DNA from: Octopus sinensis
Lineage: Eukaryota
DNA length: 12,304 nucleotides
Reading direction: 5' to 3'
Assembly: GCF_006345805.1 (NCBI RefSeq)
Contig: NW_021826624.1
Coordinates: 1 to 12,304, forward strand
A program made the translations under genes and the position numbers. Position 1 is the stretch's first letter; the number at the start of each line of letters is the position of its first letter. Under the pieces are notes generated by a model, which made no database searches, was not told where the DNA came from, and worked only from the letters and a program-made list of their open reading frames with translations. Below are positions 8,036 through 12,304 of this stretch, piece after piece.

Positions 8036-8059
8036 GTTATTATTATTATTATTATTATT
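7969..8059. repeat. (TAT)n / (TAA)n trinucleotide microsatellite
   Basis: About 30 units; produces the poly-Y and poly-I ORFs. Confidence 0.95.
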
Positions 8060-8292
8060 CTATGTTTGACTTTTGCTTTATGTCTGTACAAGTTGGCTCC
8101 AAGTCTCACCCAGAGACCTCAAGAGACAACAGGTTGGAAGTTCACGTTGTTGTTATGCCTAGTGTGCCATATATTTGGGGGGGGGTTTGGTGTTGTACTA
8201 GTGAATGTCTAATACATAAATTTTTAAAAAAAAGTTTGTTTTAAACCTTGGGATTACATAGAGAGAGTATTTTGCGTAGGATATGAGCAGTT
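8060..8292 (-). mobile_element. 5'-truncated 3' end (ORF terminus + 3'UTR) of an R4/Dong-like LINE flanked by (TAA)n
   Basis: Minus strand begins ACTGCTCATATCCTACGCAAAATACTCTCT = TAHILRKILS, the typical C-terminus of R4/Dong-type ORFs. About 200 bp of UTR follows and runs into (TAA)n; another (TAA)n tract lies at 8291-8307. Confidence 0.78.
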
Positions 8293-8336
8293 ATTATTAT
8301 TATTATTAGTAGTAGTAGTAGTATTAGTATTATTAC
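8291..8336. repeat. (TTA)n/(TAG)n microsatellite
   Basis: Directly visible. Confidence 0.85.
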
Positions 8337-8655
8337 AGATATTAAATGCTAAATTAGTGAACAGGGACGTTGTCTTGATGTTTGCTGACAAGCGTTTGTC
8401 AAATCTTAAGAATCTTCCTTAGGATTCCTAAAGAATACAGAATTGTCTTTTTCTGCAGGTTCATTCCATTCTACATCGTCTTCATCTTTCAAAAAATTTC
8501 ACTTAGCTGATCTTATTAGAATTGTCTCTCGTCCTTATTGTCTTCAGATGAAGGCTTGGTAATGTCATAGACAGCCATAATCAAAAGCTTTCAAATCATT
8601 GTATTATATATGAGAGTCTCTACACTATGAATCTTTACCGACCAAAGGAAGGCGT

Positions 8656-8765
8656 CTGTATCTGTGTGTGTGTGTGTGTTTATATATACCTATATTTGTA
8701 TATTCATGTATATAGTGTACGTATGTATGTATGCATGTATGCCTGTATGTATATGTGTATGTGTG
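8656..8765. repeat. (GT)n/(TATG)n microsatellite
   Basis: Directly visible. Confidence 0.8.
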
Positions 8766-8796
8766 ACGTACTAACGATTCTGCCTTCTCGCCGCCT
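8765..8796 (-). mobile_element. isolated SINE head fragment (family A type)
   Basis: GACGTACTAACGATTCTGCC is identical to 10781-10800 and is followed by TCGCCGCCT. Confidence 0.7.
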
Positions 8797-9140
8797 TTGT
8801 TGTTATGTAAATATTAGAAGCTTGTTACGAAAGAAACTCACGCAGCCAATTTGGTTTTTCGGTTAGTGTTCAGTATGAAATGGAAAGGGCAGTACCTGTG
8901 ACATATTATAGGGGCCTCGAGAGAGGTATGAGGAAAGGGAAAGAGAATCCTTGACCTATAGGTTGTTGCTGTTGATTTATGACCAAATAAACATTCTACA
9001 CACGATCATAGCGCCATCTTCTCTAATCGTTTTGGAATGTACACACGCATTTTTTCATATATCGAAATTTACATTGCACAATGAACACTTGAGCCCTTGC
9101 ACTTTTGCTAGAAGATAAGATGTGATTTGGAGAAGATTTG

Positions 9141-9322
9141 AAGGGTAGCGAGCTGGGAGAATCGTTAGAGCACTGGAAGAAATACTTTGTGGATTCGTTC
9201 CGGCTCCATACTTTTGAGTTCAAATCAAATGGAGATCAACATTCTTTTGGGTGTTATCAAAATGAAGTAACTATCAAATACTGGGGCTGATGGAACTGAC
9301 TTACCCTGCTCCTTTGAAAATT
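9141..9322 (+). mobile_element. old, diverged family A-type SINE
   Basis: GCGAGCTGGGAGAATCGTTAG (A box), GAGTTCAAATC (B box) and TACTGGGGCTGATGGAACTGACTTACCC. Confidence 0.75.
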
Positions 9323-9920
9323 CAAGTGAGATTTGGTTGTTATTTCTACCAGATCTAGAGATCACCTATATGCTCCTTCATTGCTTGTAGACTTAGTCCG
9401 AATGCCTTCAACAAAATGAACATCACACCTCTGAAGGCATTCAGGAGCAAACCGGACGATGAATTAAATGTGTCATAAAAAAAAATGAAAGCAAAGCTGC
9501 ACAAAATCTGTTATCTAAAACAGATGGTACACTAAATATAAAGTAAATCACTTCTGTCTTCGCGAAAAATATTTTCAAAATAATAAAAAAAAAGATAAAA
9601 ACTATACGGAAATACTAGAAATATAGGATCTCTCTAACTACAAAGAATGTCGCAAATGACTAGAAATATAATACACTAAGAAACAAAATGTTAATGACCA
9701 ATACGATATGCCACGTTGAGAATTTTAATGGAGGAAGAAAAAAAAGCAAGAAATTCTTTTCTTGAAACATGAAATCACTAAGATGTGTAAAAGCGTCAGT
9801 CAAAATCAAAATGGCGTCTAACTATAGAGTTAACACAAGGGGGACAATTTAATTTCCGTTTTAACCATTAGTTGCCGTTCTGTCAATCACAATTGACATC
9901 GCACTATAATTACTACAATA

Positions 9921-10451
9921 AGGCAGCGAGCTGGCATAACGGTTAGCACGCTGGACAAGACAGAAACATTTCTTCTATTTGATATTCTAAGTTCAAATTC
10001 AGCCGAGGTCGATTTTATCGTTCATTCTTTCGGGGTTGATGAAATAAGTACCAGTTGAGCACAGGGGGCGATAGAATAAGTACCGGTTGAGCACAGGTGT
10101 AGATTGACCCTTCAGCATTTAATCCTGCCATATCTGGCCCAAATATTCTGCTTGTTTTATGTTCATACTGGCCAGATCTTGCCTCTCACGCCAACCCTAC
10201 AATGTCATTTTGAAAATATACAATCATATCATCAGAATCTCAACACCTCAAGATGATAAATGATTAGCTGAAAACAACATGAATGAATAAATATAATATT
10301 TGACTGAGTAATGCGAATGCTAAAGGATTAAATAAGTAGCAAGTGAACACAGGAGTTGATGAAATCGGTACCAGCTGAGCATTGGGGGTCGTTGTAATCG
10401 ATTAGCTCTCTTCCCCGAAATGTCAGGCATTTTGTCTCTAGGAGAAAGATT
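9921..10451 (+). mobile_element. family A-type SINE with internal 32-bp x4 expansion and nested MITE
   Basis: Head GGCAGCGAGCTGGCATAACGGTTAGCAC, B box GTTCAAATTC and core GAGGTCGATTTT...TTCGGGGTTGAT. Probable TSD TATAATTACTACAATA (9905-9920) / TATGATTACTACAGTA (10452-10467), 14/16 match. Confidence 0.85.
10108..10327. mobile_element. piggyBac-type non-autonomous DNA transposon (MITE)
   Basis: TIRs CCCTTCAGCATT (10108-10119) / AATGCTAAAGGA (10316-10327), flanked by TTGA and TTAA (decayed TTAA TSD). Removing the element restores the host 32-bp repeat unit. Confidence 0.85.
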
Positions 10452-10597
10452 TATGATTACTACAGTACCATGGTACCCTACGTCACCTGAACTAATGGGC
10501 AGCCTGTGCCTGGTGATTCAGTGACATAAAAATAACCCTAAATTTCTATCAAATCTCGCACCAAAGTCTTACATAAGAACATGATATATTAAATAAT

Positions 10598-10812
10598 GGT
10601 TCCAAACTTTTGGCCCAAGACCAGCAGTTTTTGAGGAAAGGAGGCAGTCGATTACATCGAGCCCGCTACATGATAAATAGTTATTTTATCGACACTAAAA
10701 GGATGAAAGGCAAAGTCGACATCGGCTGAATTTGAACGCAGTAAGTAAAGATGGGAGAAATGCCGCTAAGCGGTTTGCCCGACGTACTAACGATTCTGCC
10801 AACAAACCGCCT
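10598..10812 (-). mobile_element. family A-type SINE, diverged
   Basis: Plus strand AAGGATGAAAGGCAAAGTCGAC...GAATTTGAAC...CTAACGATTCTGCCAAC..CCGCC. Possible TSD ATGATATATTA(A/G)ATAA at 10581-10596 and 10816-10831. Confidence 0.85.
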
Positions 10813-11298
10813 GAGATGATATATTAGATAACACAACCCTAAAGATACCGCTGAAAGCACGTAATTATCATGGCAAAAAAGAAAGGCGTTTAGATCAATA
10901 GATATACTAAATCGAGCATACTCGGTTACCTAGGGCTAAGCAACAACAGCCGGGAAAGGTAAAATAATGGAAGTTAAATATGTTATGGTAGGTTTAGCAA
11001 ACAGAAAGAACATGTGAATTTTCAAGTCAAAGAACTTCGTCATTTTAACTAAAGCTATACTCTGAAAATCTACAAATATTTTTTCAAAGTACCTATGTAT
11101 ATATATATATATATATACATACATACACGCAAACACATGTATATATGGGTACAGGACGTCACCAACAGTATAACAACATGAAATACGAAAAAACAATGAG
11201 TTCAATACGCAAACAACGAGAAAAACAAATAGAAAACAGGACAAGTAACATAAAGACGACCCTTCATTAGTTGTCGGCTGTCTATCTACTCCTCATTT

Positions 11299-11433
<135 letters not shown>

Positions 11434-11474
11434 TACACACATGCATGTATATGGGTGTGTGTAATCTGTAACTT

Positions 11475-11748
11475 CCGAGGCACAAGTTTATTTATGGAAG
11501 ACCAGCAGCCACCCATGTATACTGCGCTGCCATCTCCGCGCCCCACCGATGTTATGCAAGGGAAAGGCAAAGGCCGATACAGCTTGGCACCAGTGACGCC
11601 GCAACTCATTTCTACTGCTGAGTGAACTGGAGCAATGGGAAATATAGTGTCTTGCTCAAGAGCACACACACAGTCCAGTCTAAAATTCGAACTCACTACT
11701 CCATGATTGTGGGCCCCACGCTCTAACCACTAAGCCATGTGCCTTCAC
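11475..11748 (-). mobile_element. tRNA-derived SINE (family C, CORE-like)
   Basis: Minus strand GTGAAGGCACATGGCTTAGTGGTTAGAGCG (A box)...GAGTTCGAATT (B box)...TGTGCTCTTGAGCAAGACACTATATTTC (CORE-like). Left boundary is approximate. Confidence 0.82.
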
Positions 11749-12207
11749 GTTGTTAATATGAGCACATATTTATTAATCTTTACAAGGGAGATGTAGGTTG
11801 ACACCGACTTCGAAGTCTTGTCTTACCAGCCATCAAATCATGATGATAGCAGTTAAGCCGAAACTTGAATATCACTGGTATACCCGCACCTTGAATATCC
11901 TTGTATACCTGCATGTTGAGAAAACACTGCTGTAGAATCTAGTAATGACACCCGAAAATTATATTAACGTCAGTAACAAATTCTAAAATCAGTATCTATA
12001 ATAAATTGTTTTCGACGATGCTTCCTATAATTTAACAAGAGACACACATCCAATGAGGTGCTGAATTTCACAACATTATATCAGATGAAAGCAACGTGTA
12101 ATTAACTAGTTATGTATTTGTCAAGGAGTTTAAGAATATCGATTCCAATATACCAATGTTCACAACTATGCGAACACAGAATTCCACAATATTACACGAC
12201 ATGATAT

Positions 12208-12304
12208 ATTCTTTTATTCTTTTATTTGTTTCAGTCATTTGACTGCGGCCATGCTGGAGCATCACCTTATAGTCGAACAAATCGACCTCAGGACTTTACT
12301 TTGT
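12208..12304 (-). mobile_element. 3' end of family B SINE (runs off window)
   Basis: TTCTTTTATTCTTTTATTTGTTTCAGTCATTTGACTGCGGCCATGCTGGAGCATC is nearly identical to 6834-6915. Confidence 0.9.

Noticed and set aside
10228-10236. Minus-strand CTGATGA within the MITE (also CTGATGA at 5186 and CTGAAGA at 990)
   Set aside because: No downstream helix II/GAAA/UH arrangement.
10038-10390. CRISPR-like 32-bp repeats
   Set aside because: Units are contiguous with no unique spacers, lie within a eukaryotic SINE, and no cas genes are present.
11147-11298. Segment between (TA)n tracts with minus-strand CTAATGAAGGG (HHR-box-like)
   Set aside because: First box is mutated and there is no properly placed helix II/GAAA; probably a repeat fragment, but it cannot be classified from this window.

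Overview
AT-rich, microsatellite-dense, non-coding eukaryotic DNA (intergenic or intronic). No intact protein-coding gene is supportable; nearly all listed ORFs are translations of (AT)n, (CA)n, (CATA)n, (TAT)n or (AG)n tracts, or of SINEs. The tRNA-derived SINE families match, from memory, those typical of Octopus (coleoid cephalopod) genomes. Contents: about ten SINE copies or fragments, including a TSD-flanked head-to-tail trimer and two nested insertions; three decayed fragments of an R4/Dong-type restriction-like-endonuclease LINE, one embedded in (TAA)n; a piggyBac-type (TTAA) MITE; and a fold-back element. The most interesting signal is two unrelated repeat families that each carry a type I hammerhead-ribozyme (HHR) motif with a palindromic minimal helix III. 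One is a 558-bp tandem unit embedded in (TA)n (688-1712); the other is a ~150-170-bp unit in direct and inverted copies (7597-7969). Both architectures resemble Penelope-like pseudo-LTRs or non-autonomous retrozymes.
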